A DNA stretch of 64,000 nucleotides from Dicyema japonicum (lineage: Eukaryota > Animalia > Dicyemida). This document shows positions 38,321 to 50,760 of this stretch, piece by piece. The position numbers were made by a program, and so were the translations under genes. The DNA lies in NCBI GenBank assembly GCA_011109175.1, contig RDEW01000019.1, positions 1,016,247 to 1,080,246 on the forward strand, in the 5' to 3' direction. The first letter of the stretch is position 1; the number at the start of each line of letters is the position of its first letter. The notes under the pieces were generated by a model that saw nothing but the letters and a program-made list of their open reading frames with translations, ran no database searches and had not been told where the DNA came from.

Positions 38321-39194
38321 TGTATTCGACTTATAATCTTTGACCCCAAAGCTATGTTTTTGAGCTTTAAAATTTACGTTTTAAATCGATTTAACTAAAA
38401 TATGAATTTACAATAAATTATAAAACTCCATAATTTTGAGCTATTTTTGACAAATTCCCGTTATACCTTTTCACTTAATGTTGTGGAGTGTTTGAGTATG
38501 CAGAAAATCAAAAAAGTAGAAAGGAACATTCAGTCATTACATCAATATTGCATATAATATTTTGAAAATAGAAATATTCGTATATAATAGGATTACAAAT
38601 GAGATATCCCTCATTGAAATTACGTCACAGGATTATATAAAACAGGGTTGAATGTTACAAGTATGAATTTTTATTGGAGGACTCTCGCTTATTTACGACT
38701 CTTATTTACTTCTATGGTTAGGACCTGAGATGTAGTTGTCTCAAAGTACCTCAAGAATTATAAGTATTAATGAATAAACGATAGTGGTTGTACATAAACA
38801 TGGATTCAAGGTATCAGATAGAGTTCTTCTCTATTTTAACCACCTTATAAAGTGGCATAAGTTGGATATGGAGGATGAGTTGGCAGTTCTAATCTACTCT
38901 AATGAATAGCTGTAATAGCAATTAATATCTTATATGGAATATCTGATTTGTCTATTAAAGGCACTGTTATTGCATTTAAGACAAAAAAGTAAATGATCAA
39001 AGCTCTATGTTCGTTACACTATTAGAGAATATTATTTATATTAAAGACACAACATTATAGTCGTCTATAAGACCAAATCATAGTGTTTACTGAAAAAACA
39101 AAGTTAAGATAACTTTATAAGTTGAATAGTAAACAACAAATTTTATTAAGCAAAGCACATTAAAGCAAAATAAGCATAAAAGCTTTCAAATATT

Positions 39195-39451
39195 CTAACT
39201 GGAAGGAGATTTCCAGGAAGAGTTGTGAGGGATATTTTCAAGGGTGGCATGCTGAGATCCAGTCGAATTCTTCAAAAACGAGTCCCTGTCCATTTCTGGT
39301 TGTACCTTAGACATGGCCATGTTGTAATCTCCTGAATCGAAGAACTTTTTCTCTGCACTTTGTCTCCTCTCAAACGATTGATTCTTCACTGGACTTCCAT
39401 TAGTATCTCTAAAATTATTTTTATGAATTTTTACGTCACACCACCGGGCAT
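39195..39451 (-). CDS. ENSA: Endosulfine (ENSA/ARPP19 family; Greatwall substrate and PP2A-B55 inhibitor), 76 aa, two exons
   Basis: Exon 1 39451-39435, 26-nt intron 39434-39409, exon 2 39408-39195. Spliced product MPGGVTDTNGSPVKNQSFERRQSAEKKFFDSGDYNMAMSK...STGSQHATLENIP..., with the diagnostic FDSGDY motif. Confidence 0.85.
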
Positions 39452-39569
39452 TTTAACAATAAAATAAATTTTTATCGTAAAGTATTTTATTTATTTCATG
39501 ATGTTAACTGATTTTTAATTTAATTTTCAATATAATTAAAATCATCCATAAATCATATATAATAATAAT

Positions 39570-39975
39570 TTTATACGTTTTATAATTTTAATTTTTTTTA
39601 CACTAAAAATAATTAATAGGTTAATTCTAATTAAGATGTTCTCTATCCAATTCGTTTCCTTTTTCGAGTAACTATGGGAGTAAACCCAATTGTCACGGTC
39701 ATTTTCCTTTTCCTCAATATATCTTGACATCACTTCGCTCACACTCTTCTCTTGAATTACTTCATAATCAGACGGAGAGTAAATATCCTTTATTCCTTCA
39801 TTAAGTTTATCAAAACGCCGCGAAACGTCGACTTGGTGCTTACATGATATAATCATACTCTCCAAAGTCTTCTTGATTACCAGCGTTTGAACACACGCAT
39901 ACGTTATTTCACTTATATACAAAGATCTGGCATACTTCCACGAATGTGAAGTCACTAGGTCATCCCAGGTGAGGA
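39570..39975 (-). mobile_element. Short 3' R4-like fragment (duplicate of 28,125-28,530)
   Basis: ORF 39542-39955 nearly identical to 28147-28560. Confidence 0.75.
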
Positions 39976-40122
39976 TTTATTTTTCATTAAAAATTATTTA
40001 TTTCTAACGGCTTTACAACGTTTTCAAAGGCTCGTATTCAACCTGGGCTCGTATTCAACCGGTCACATTTATTAATTAATCTAGTTTTATCTTTTGCTAT
40101 AGTTTCAGGTGAGACTCTAAAA

Positions 40123-40410
40123 CAGAGGTTCCCACCTGGGTTCCGCGAAGTTCCAAAAAAATTATTCTTTTTTCAAAAAATAAATTTTCAAGAAGATTTG
40201 ACATTTCCAATCTTATAAATTCATATTTTGAGGATATAAAGTTTGGATTGGAATAAATGTGTGGGTATCTGCACTGATGGTGCTCCAGCAATAACTGGGC
40301 AATGTAAAGGCTTTGTTTATGTTGGGAAAAATAAGAACCCGAACATTGTTCACACGCATTGTTTTCTTCATCGAGATCGCAATGGTCGCAAAAACATTCC
40401 TTGGTTCTCC
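40123..40410 (+). mobile_element. hAT (Buster/Charlie-like) remnant
   Basis: Starts cagaggttccca after the 8-mer ctcTAaaa (nnnTAnnn target preference); encodes LDWNKCVGICTDGAPAITGQCKGF...HTHCFLHR (first catalytic D region and CxxH). Other terminus not found. Confidence 0.8.
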
Positions 40411-40544
40411 CTCTACGATTAGTTATAGTAGCTGTTCTTTGCTTAAATAAAGTATGTGTTATGCACGAGCGAAACACTAGGCGTTTTACGTGCTTATGGC
40501 AACGTGGTAGTGCTTACTTTTTTTAAACAATTCACATCAAATTA

Positions 40545-43390
40545 TTATTAAAAACCAAAAGTCACCGACAAATTAATTAACTACATAGCCGTCAGGTGAT
40601 TCCAGCCGCCTCGAGTAGCCATCTCATTCTTGCTATGTTCTTGCTGGGTTCCTACGCATTTCCAGATTGGGCGAGGGTTTCTAACTTTTTTGGAGGGTAG
40701 TAAGGCTCCGGTTTTCCTCACTAATTCCTCAAAGGGTGTAGGGCTTAGAGGTTTCCAAGAAAACCTTTGCAAAGCCTTAAGGCCATTTTTTGGAAGATTT
40801 TGATTTTTTCTATATTCCTGTTTGATAGGTTGGTTCCCCATGCAGCACACCCGTAAGTTAGAGACGGTTGAATATACTGCACGTAGAGCGAGTCCAAATT
40901 TGAGTTGAAACACCCATTATATTGTCCAAGGAGTGTTTTAACAAAATTTAGCTTTCGTTGTGCCTAAGAGATGACGTTGTCGATGTGTTTGCTGAAGGTC
41001 AAGAGTCGGTCGTAAGTTACGCCCAGTATCTTGACCGAGTTGGTCGTGGGGATTGAGTTCCATTTATGGTTACACATGGAGCGGAGTTTGTTAATCTTCT
41101 GTTTGTTGCGAAAATTGTTGTATAAGACTTTTCGGGACTTGTATGTAAAATGTTCTTAACGAGCCAACAGTTCAGATCGTCCAATAAAGCTTGATCGGTA
41201 AACAGCAGTATTAACGCACTGGTCTTTGACTGCGACGATTATATCATCAGCATATGTCAAAACCAGAGTATCGTCACTGGTATGAGAGGGCATATCATTA
41301 AAGAATAGGTTGAATAGGTGGAGATCCTCGAGGGACTCCATTTGGATGGAACTTGGTCACTGATTTAGTTTTTCCAGCAGTTACTCTTCCTCTTCTTCCA
41401 TTTAGGAAATTAGCGATCCAGATTTTCAGGTTATTTGGAATTTTTGACGTAAAGATCTTCCTTGTCAAAAGCTTTCTTGGGACAGTGTCAAAAGCCTTTT
41501 CTATATCGATGGAGCATAACAAAGACTTCTGATGAGGTTTGCGCTTTAGTCCATCCTTGATGAAATTTGTAAGGCATGTAAGATGCGTTTCTGTAGAGTG
41601 TCCTTTTCTGAATCCGTGTTGAAAAGGTGCATCAGGAAGGTATGGTTTGATTAGTTCAAGAATCAGCTTTTCCAAAAGTTTTGATGTAACACATAGGAGA
41701 GATATTGGTCTGTATGAGGCTGGTGATCCCTTTGGTCGCCCGAGTTTGAAAATTGATCGTATGTTTGATAGCTTCCATATGGAAGGAATACAATTTTCGT
41801 TGATTGAAAGTTGAAAATTTTTGTGAGGGCCATGATAGCATAGGGGTCTATGTTTTTCAGAACTATTGCAGGAATTCCGTCCGGACCACAGGGATAAGTC
41901 GAGTTTTGACCCTTGACCATATTCTGTACGTTCTCCACAGAGAGGACAATCGGAGAGCTGGCTCTTTTAGGTTTAAGGGCTAGGATAGATAGAACTTCAA
42001 ATTTCTTGTGTGGGACGAAACTCGTGGAGGATTAGTACTTCATAAGTTTGTTTAGGAAGATCTTATTTTCCATTTCATCACGTGTGGCCGGGTTGTCAGC
42101 GTTACTAAGCTTCTAAGTGTTTTCCACATTTTTGTAAAGGAGTTCTGCTTGTTTAAATTGAAAATGAGGTTTTTCCAAACTTTCTCTTGTTTCTTCTTTG
42201 CATTGTTCCTGATCTCTCTTTCTAATGTACGAATTCTCAATCTTGTTTCCAGGATTGTTTTTGGAGGCTTTTTAAATAATTCCTTTCCTTCATGAGTGGA
42301 TCGGCTCTGGGGTATAAATTCTTTCTTGAGGTCAGTGGCCTTCTTTTAGTACAAATTTTCATTCCCTCGCGTACCCCTCTATTAAAATAGTGTAGTGCTT
42401 TATCGATGGAGTTGAAATTGGATAAATGAAAGTCAGGTAGATAATAGTCGACAAAATTTGAGAACTTTTTCCAGTCGACATTTTTGTAGTCGATAAATAA
42501 AACAGGTTTTTTTTACAATTGACACTCTTAAACAAACGTAATCATAACGGGATTAAGGTCACTGCTGGTCTCGTATAGCACTGTCCATTTTGTTAATGTT
42601 GCGATGTTTGGTGAGGTAAGAGTGAGATCGGGGGACGATGTCCTGTCATTCGCTCTATAGGGAGTTTTTGTATTGAATGTAAGGTCGTTTAATATTATCA
42701 GGTCTTCCTGATTCGATAACAATTGGTTTCCTCTGACATCGCATGGTTGGTTCTTGAACCATGTCGGATGCTTTGCATTTAGGTCTCCACAAAGTAACAT
42801 ATTTTTTGATTTGTCGTTGTCTGACAGGGAGAACCTGAATTCCTAGGGGCAAGAGTTGGGCGGTGGAACATACACATTCAATATGTTTCCGATGCTTGTA
42901 TATTTGACGGGAGACTTGAGGTTGACAAAAGTTTCGTTTGCGTACAAAATTTCTTTTTTGATAAGCAGTCCACCACTGCGCCCTGCTGGGCGGTCGCGCC
43001 TGATGACGAGATAGCTTGGAAAGACGGGAGTGGGAGATGGATTCAGTCTTGTTTCTTGGAGTGAGCTAATGTCAGTATTATACCTATTTAAGAGGTTTCT
43101 GAGTTCGAGGATCTTCCCTTTCACTCCATTTATGTTTAGTTGAATCAAAATAATGGGTTTTCGAGGTCCGGGATTGGGGTTCACATCGCCGGAAAGCATT
43201 AGGTGGGCTTCCATCAAAGCAGGAGAAAGAGGCCAGTGGGGAGACCGTCCAAGAAGGACATTCCTCTTGGATTGGACGTAGAGGATGGTTCTTTTGTCTG
43301 TGAAGTATATTCCACAGTTTTCGTCACCAGAGATGGCGAACCACATGACGTTAATTATCTTGTACCCGCTTTGTTATTTAAATAGTTCAC
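40545..43390 (-). mobile_element. Ingi/Vingi-like LINE with 2A-like motif (duplicate of 24,870-27,565)
   Basis: ORF 42843-43346 has the same translation as 24910-25413; retains ~160 bp (41,990-42,151) missing from the left copy. Confidence 0.85.
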
Positions 43391-43649
43391 GCTAGTTATT
43401 TAAATTATTTCAAATAAATTTATTTGTAAATATATCATAATTATAAAATTCGTAATTAAAAAATCGACCGTCGTAGAGTGGCCATAGAGCATAGGAAATG
43501 GGATTTATCTAGAAAGCAAACCGACTTAAATGGCTTAAGATATTAGGAGTAAATACTAGAGGACGGGGGATATGTAATTTTTACAATCGATTTCTGTAAA
43601 GACTTCTAAATGCCTTGCTCCACCACTATCGTGTTCGTTGCGACAATAA

Positions 43650-44165
43650 CCGACTTGCAGGGACAAAGAAAAGTGAACTCATTAGTGGGGAGTCTCAATC
43701 TGTTGTCCAGCCAGCTATATTTCTATCCGGAAGAATTTTGGATTTTGTGAACCGTTGCTTATGGTTCGCAAACTAATTTTTCTCCAAATCTAACTGCGTT
43801 GGAGAAGAAAGGCTGTGGATTTCGTCCATTCCAGTTGGCGACGTTTTTCCGCCTCCTTTCTGGAAAGATTGCTTCTCGATCTGTCATTGCAAACATTTCG
43901 CGCGATTCGTCCATTACATCTGGGTGTTGGAGTCAGAGGCGGATGCGAAGTGAAGGTCCATGTGGTAGGGAGATATCCAGGCTATCATCCGTTAGATCTT
44001 TCAAACGCTCTCCACTCGACCATCCCCCAAATGACTAACTTGGAAACCTTTTCCATGGATGATAACCTCCTTTCTTCCATCCCTGAGTCATTCATCTCAG
44101 CTTTACAACCAAAAGCCAGGCATAATTTTCATTCTCGTCAGCACAATCACTCACATCAATTAGAA
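43650..44165 (+). pseudogene. Decayed LRR gene, 3'-truncated duplicate
   Basis: ORF 43815-44216 matches 24064-24441 up to the right-arm deletion junction at ~44,165. Confidence 0.55.
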
Positions 44166-45318
44166 GAAATAATCAACTTAACTTCAAAATATCAACTTAA
44201 CTTCATGTGTGGATGAAAGCCTTGTATTCTCGGTGGAAACGGATCAAGTGAAGGACTCATAAGACATCAGAAACCATGGAAGTTAATATAAGTAGTTATA
44301 GTTAATATAAGTTAGCCAATATCATGCTTAATCAGTTAAATTAGATTATCTTTATTCCCAAAAGACAAATTATCCAACTTATTAGTACCCCCAAACCTAT
44401 TGGCAGATCGCTTTTCGTTTTAAAAAAAGGATAATTGGTGTAAAATATTATTCCATTTCTTAGCAGAAGTGTTCCTCTATATTGTAGGAAGTTACCAATG
44501 TAGTATACGTTTCTCATATCGTATTTGCTTTGATATCTCTCACATGTGGATTTGAGAAATTCTAGTTCAGACATATTTTCTATATTCGCTAGTATCCACT
44601 CATTTTTTTTACACTCTTGTCTTTAATCTTCGATACTTCTCGTTATCTGCAAAATGAAGATACACCTTGATCCAATACAATAAGAATTATCCTACTTTAT
44701 AGTGACTCTTACCTTTTGGATTCGGAAGTCGTTCTAAAATAACCTCAAAAATACCTTGGGGGTAGATCCAAATCTGGATGTAGTGAAAAGGTTGAGAATC
44801 ATATCTACTCTGGAATTCTATCATTCAATATTATGAATACTCTGACAGATGGGGTAACATTCCATAAAGCAATCATTTAATGTTATAACCCCATTTCTAG
44901 TATATGCACATCTACCGGTGTGACTGAGATGTGGTAACATTTACCAGAGTTGATTAAATCTGAAATGAAGTACTATACTTACTGCGTAATGTTCTCAAAA
45001 CAATGTAATCGATGTCCGCCAATTTCCACCCGGGGATTCTTTGAACAGATTTTTTCCACTTCTTCGTGAAAAGCCGAGTAGTTGAAAATGGCATAGCATA
45101 TCCCCTTACTGCATCTCTGGGGACCTGATTTTACTTAGAAGGCAAAGTATCATTTTTCACGTAAAAACAGTGCCAGTTATCTGTGTCTAATTGAAGGATA
45201 TTTCTTATCGTATCTATTGAATAAATGTTATTTTGAATTCCAGGATTTTATATAAGAACCCAACATGACCCGTTAAAATTTAAGACCGCAGACATTATGC
45301 AGTTCTGGCAACAGACAT

Positions 45319-46821
45319 TAGATTAAGTAGACGTGTTATGATATATTTGCTAAATAGTAAGCTTAATATATATTGAAGATTTGAAATCAAATCGTTATAC
45401 TAATCGACATATTTTGCCAAAAATAAAAACTATAGTTCTAACCTTCATCTCTTAACAAAATTCAAAATATAATTGTATAGGCGTCGTAGATTTATTCCAG
45501 GTGGTTTTATATATGCTAAATAGTAAGCTTTAATATATATTGAAGATTTGAAAATCAAATCGTTATACTAATCGACATATTTTGCAAAAATTAAAACTAT
45601 AGTTCTAACCTTCATCTCTTAACAAAATTCAAAATATAATTGTATAGGCGTCGTAGATTTATTCCAGGTGGTTATTATATATTGCTAAATAGTAAGCTTT
45701 AATATATATTAAAGATTTGAAATCAAATCGTTATACTAATCGACATATTTTGCAAAAATAAAACTATAGTTCTAACCTTCATCTTTTAACAAAATTCAAA
45801 ATATAATTGTATAGGCGTCGTAGATTAAGTAGACGTGGTTATGATATATTTGCTAAATAGTAAGCTTTAATATATATTAAAGATTTGAAATCAAATCGTT
45901 ATACTAATCGACATATTTTGCAAAAAATAAAACTATAGTTCTAACCTTCATCTTTTAACAAAATTCAAAATATAATTGTATAGGCGTCGTAGATTAAGTA
46001 GACGTGGTTATGATATATTTGCTAAATAGTAAGCTTTAATATATATTGAAGATTTGAAATCAAATCGTTATACTAATCGACATATTTTGCAAAAAATAAA
46101 ACTATAGTTCTAACCTTCATCTCTTAACAAAATTCAAAATATAATTGTATAGGCGTCGTAGATTTATTCCAGGTGGTTATTATATATTGCTAAATAGTAA
46201 GCTTTAATATATATTGAAGATTTGAAATCAAATCGTTATACTAATCGACATATTTTGCAAAAATAAAACTATAGTTCTAACCTTCATCTCTTAACAAAAT
46301 TCAAAATATAATTGTATAGGCGTCGTAGATTAAGTAGACGTGGTTATGATTTATTTGCTAAATAGTAAGCTTTAATATATATTGAAGATTTGAAATCAAA
46401 TCGTTATACTAATCGACATATTTTGCAAAAATAAAATTATAGTTCTAACCTTCATCTCTTAACAAAATTCAAAATATAATTGTATAGGCGTCGTAGATTA
46501 AGTAGACGTGGTTATGATTTATTTGCTAAATAGTAAGCTTTAATATATATTGAAGATTTGAAATCAAATCGTTATACTAATCGACATATTTTGCAAAAAT
46601 AAAACTATAGTTCTAACCTTCATCTCTTAACAAAATTCAAATATAATTGTATAGGCGTCGTAGATTTANGCTTTTTCAATGGAAGACCACAGAAGTTAGA
46701 TGGCTAGTTTTATTCCAGGTGGTTATTATATATTGCTAAATAGTAAGCTTTAATATATATTGAAGATTTGAAATCAAATCGTTATACTAATCGACATATT
46801 TTGCAAAAATAAAACTATAGT
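45319..46821. repeat. Satellite array 2: ~9 units of 167-169 bp, same family and orientation as array 1 but a distinct, homogeneous subfamily
   Basis: Anchor at 45481, 45648, 45815, 45984, 46153, 46320, 46488 and 46655. Shares aatataattgtataggcgtc, tgctaaatagta, gatttgaa.tcaaat and gttatactaatcg with array 1; has HindIII (aagctt) and lacks EcoRI. Confidence 0.97.
46669..46708. other. Ambiguous base (N) followed by ~40 bp of non-satellite sequence inside array 2; probable assembly join
   Basis: N at 46,669; the satellite unit resumes in register at tttattccagg. Confidence 0.7.
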
Positions 46822-47469
46822 TAATCCCTTTTATTTTTACAATTCCATAATTATCAAAAGTTATAAATTTTTCACTGCAGTTATAATAACCGTTAGTCGA
46901 AATTCTCGGAGAATATTTAAACACAGCTGTATCATTAGAACTCAATTTTAATCCAAAACTAAAATATAACGTAACGTGTGATGGACTGGAAAATTCTATT
47001 ATGAATTCTATATCATTTTTCTTTAATTTAAGCTCATGGTAAGAATATTTAGGAAAACTAAAGTATAAAACTGCGTCATTTAAATTTTCATATTTCGTCT
47101 TTTATTAAATATAATGTGATTACAGTATTATTAACTTTATATCAACTTCAATTATTCCACTGAATAACGATACAACTTGATCGTCCACTGATCCACCCCA
47201 CAATGGTACATTATTAGACCACATTTTAAAAGTCTTTACATTCTTCATAACTGATTTATTGATTATTAAACACGTATATATTCCTATTATTAATTTATTT
47301 TGTAAACCTAGAAATTGGAGCATTTTCACAGCAATCGTGTTAATTAAATTCAAATTTTTTTTATTTAAATATAATGTAAACTAAAATTTTAAATAAAATA
47401 AAAAATTAATTTTTTATATTTTTATTGCCATAAAATCCTATTTAATGTATAGATTCCAGGAAAAAAAAC

Positions 47470-50224
47470 GTAAAACGTGGGTCATGCGGTTCACCTGTTG
47501 TTGCGGTGGCGCTCAGTTTAAGTTCTGCATGGGAAAGATCCGTTCGACTTTCCCTACCTTTTTGCGATCTTCAGAAGGAAGGATTACCAACTTCCCCGTT
47601 TTCTCTCTACTACTTCTGTCTGGTGATGTAGAACCTATTCTGGGACCCACTTGCACGTTGAGTATTCTACAACTAAATGTAAATGGAATCCACAATAATG
47701 TATGGAATTACGATCCCTCTTATCCCATTTGAGAGTGGAAATTGCCCTCATCCAAGAATTGAAGCTCTCTATAAAGTCCCCAACACCTTTGTTTTCCTGG
47801 ATATTGTGTACTTCGCAGGGACCGAGCAAGAATTCTCGGAGGGAGATTATTGACTATCGTTAAGGATGGACTTAAGATGTCACCCCTTCTGTATCTTCTC
47901 TCTGCGAAAGAGATCATATTCTAGAACAGAGTTCTATTGAAGTTCCCTTTTCTTCGACGAGATGTTTTTTACTATGTAATATTTATATCCCGCCTTAGGG
48001 ATCATGTACTACTTCATACATCCCCAACCTATTGAGCCTGTGTGGACTAAAGGAACTGCTACTATGCGGAGACCTAAACGCGAAACATGCACTCTGACTC
48101 CGGACTCGATCAGCCGACAGTCGCGGCGAATACATCTTTTCCCTGCTCAATGATCTGACTATCCTTAATGATCCGGAAACCCACACAAGGACCCCGTCTC
48201 GCAGAACGGAGAGTCCAAAATCCCCGGACCTGTCCCTCTGCTCTCCTCTATGGCTGGATATATTTCATGGAATGTTCGTTATGGTTTCTCAAGCGACCAT
48301 AACCCCATTGTGTCGAGACTTAGAAGGCCTATTTGTTCACCGTGTTGTTCTACAAAGTTCAAAAATTACTTGAAAGTTGACTGGCAAGGTTTCAGGACGT
48401 ATGTGGACAATTAGCACAGTAGAGGAGACGGCAAAGATTATGTCCGATATCATTCTGAAAGCTGATAAACTATTTATACCTGTCGCCTCTTACAAGAAGT
48501 TCAATCCAAGATTATCATCACAAATTGTGTCACTCATCAAATGGAGCCGCCTAGTTGGACGACTATGTCACACAAACTCTTGTGCCACATTTTGTAAAAC
48601 GCTAAGATGGATCAATACCCTCATCAATGAGAAAGACCGCGGAACTGATGCCGTTACCCGTACGCAAACTCGCAAACAAGATTATGAAGTACTACGTATC
48701 TATCAGCAATAAAAATTTTTTTCGTTCTACACTTGTTGAACAGCGCCGGCCACAACAAGAACCATATTCCACCTTCTTCACCCCCTATGATGTTGAAAAG
48801 GCTATTAAATTGCTACGTCCCTTCCCGACGGTATTTGCACTATTCACCTCAAACATCTTAAACCTCAGGCACGGGCCATACAATCAAGACTGTACAACGA
48901 CTCTATCAACTACCATACGCTACCTAATATATGGAAAAACTCCCTGATTACGCCAATCCTAAAGCCCAGAAAACCAAAAGACCCTCTTCTAACCGCCCCA
49001 TCTCAATAACTTGTGTTTTATCAAAAGTACTGGAACAGCTTGTGTTAATGCGCATCTCTCCTGTTCTACATCTACTAGAGTTTCAACATGGTTTCAGGGC
49101 AGACCGTTCTACAACAACTCACTTGAATTCTATCTCTCATTTTATTACTGACGGCTTCAACATGAGAACACACTTACGGAAGGCCTTAGTATCCATCGAC
49201 ATACAAGGCCTTTGACTCGTTCCGAGAAAACTCCTAACGTAAAAATTTTTAACTCGAACTTACACCCAAACATCAAGCTGTGGCTGGAAAACTTCTTAAC
49301 TGGACGACGCGGAAGAGTCCGTATTGACAAAACCACTTCAAAATCAAGACTACTCCCCGATCGAGTCCCACAGGCTCCCCTTTATCTTCTCTCTGTTTCA
49401 ACCTATTTCTACATGACCCACTTACTACCAAAGACCAGGACACTATGTTTTTATCCTATGCGGATGACCTAATTATCGCTGCAAGAAATAAATCTTCTTC
49501 CATGGTTGTTGCAACTGTTCAGACACACCTAACCCGAATTTGTGACTGGCTATCTGCAAATTTGTTATGTGCATCAGCATCTAAGTCTCAGTTCATATTA
49601 TTCACTACGGACAGAAGGTTTATAGGTGTGCTCGAGATATTCATCGGAAACAGTCCCATTTCTTCTACGCGGACCCAGAAGAACCTTGGTGTAGTTTTTG
49701 ACTTTCTGTTGACGTTCTTGAGTCACGTGGAGGAGGTGTTTACCAAGGGTCTTTGGAAATTGAACATTCTGAATGCGATGATAAAGAAGAGTCCTAAGAA
49801 GAGCGAAGTCTATCAACAAGTAATCATACCGACCATTGAATATGCCTGCTCCGCCTGGAGGTTTGCGATACCCCTTTAGAGAGTGGACCGTTTGACCTCC
49901 CTCAGGCTGAGAATTATCCACCACACGGACATCCCCATTGTCGACCTCGTTTTTGATGAGGCAACGTTGAAAAATGGCCAGGGTTTCCTACGTTTCTGAA
50001 AAGAACTGGGAAAAGGTGGCCCATGCAGAGGAATTTCGGTCAGTAGTAAAAAAGTGCACGTTGATCGAATTCCTTTGCAGAAGCAAGATTAGACGCTTCC
50101 TGAGTGCGGTCGGATAATCAGAAGAGCAATCGAAAAGAGTTCGGATGTTACTTAATGTTGGGATCACCAAATTAGTTAGTTTTGACCTATCTTTTTTGGT
50201 GCTTTTGGGGTTAAATAAATAAAA
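47470..50224 (+). mobile_element. Second Ingi/Vingi-like APE-RT LINE family with degenerate 2A-like motif
   Basis: 54-aa leader ending LLLLSGDVEPILGP, then ILQLNVNGI, GDLNAKH, SDHNPI, FQHGFRA, SIDIQ, YADD, KNLGVVFD; 3' tail gggatcacc...ttggggttaaataaat. Confidence 0.85.
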
Positions 50225-50249
50225 TGGAAAAACAAGGAAGGCCTAAGCC

Positions 50250-50760
50250 GATGTGGAGATTTCGAGCCATAGTTCAACTCAATATACATGAAATCAATAC
50301 TTGAACTTCGGACCTATTTGGAAAAACAACGCATCGAAATTTTGCTCATTCAAGAATCCAAACTTTCCTCCGAGAATGCAACACTAAGATTTTCTAGAAA
50401 GTCATTCATAGTCATTCGTCGTGAAATATGTGGGAAACTTGGTGGATACCTTCTTGCAGTTATTCGTAATTGAATTCCATATGAGGATATACTGATTAAG
50501 TCTAAACTAAGCTCCATAAATGTGGAAATCTCAATCAACTTGTGGCTACCAAAGTCCTGGTACACAGACTATCAATAACATTGGTCAACGCATATCTCCC
50601 GCCTTTAAGTTTGTGCTCCTCCCGTACTTCCAGATTCTATCACTCTTATTGACTAGTCAGTGAAATATGACACCAAAAGCGACTACAGTCCAATATTTTT
50701 GGAGGTCAAAACGAGATCACGGAAAAAGGACAGTGTCACACGATAATTAAAGCTTCGCGA
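50250..50760 (+). mobile_element. LINE APE endonuclease fragment
   Basis: LELRTYLEKQRIEILLIQESKL...GKLGGYLLAVIRN. Confidence 0.7.

Larger units (their letters stand above)
35114..45301 (-). repeat. Right arm of the large inverted duplication
   Basis: Homology starts at actccaagattt (35,114) and ends at gacattatgca (45,301); lacks the ~2.0-kb segment 22,087-24,090. Confidence 0.97.

Noticed and set aside
20981-45301. Giant TIR transposon (foldback or Polinton-like), or a pure read fold-back chimera
   Set aside because: No TSD at the outer ends and no transposase, integrase or polymerase in the spacer. The arms contain ordinary nested TEs and a host gene. Reciprocal deletions and many substitutions rule out a single-molecule fold-back, though not a haplotype misjoin.
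45319-46821. Tandem small-RNA genes (5S, spliced leader, snRNA) as the satellite unit
   Set aside because: No 5S or snRNA similarity, no convincing Sm site (RAU4-6GR) paired with a donor, and very high AT content.
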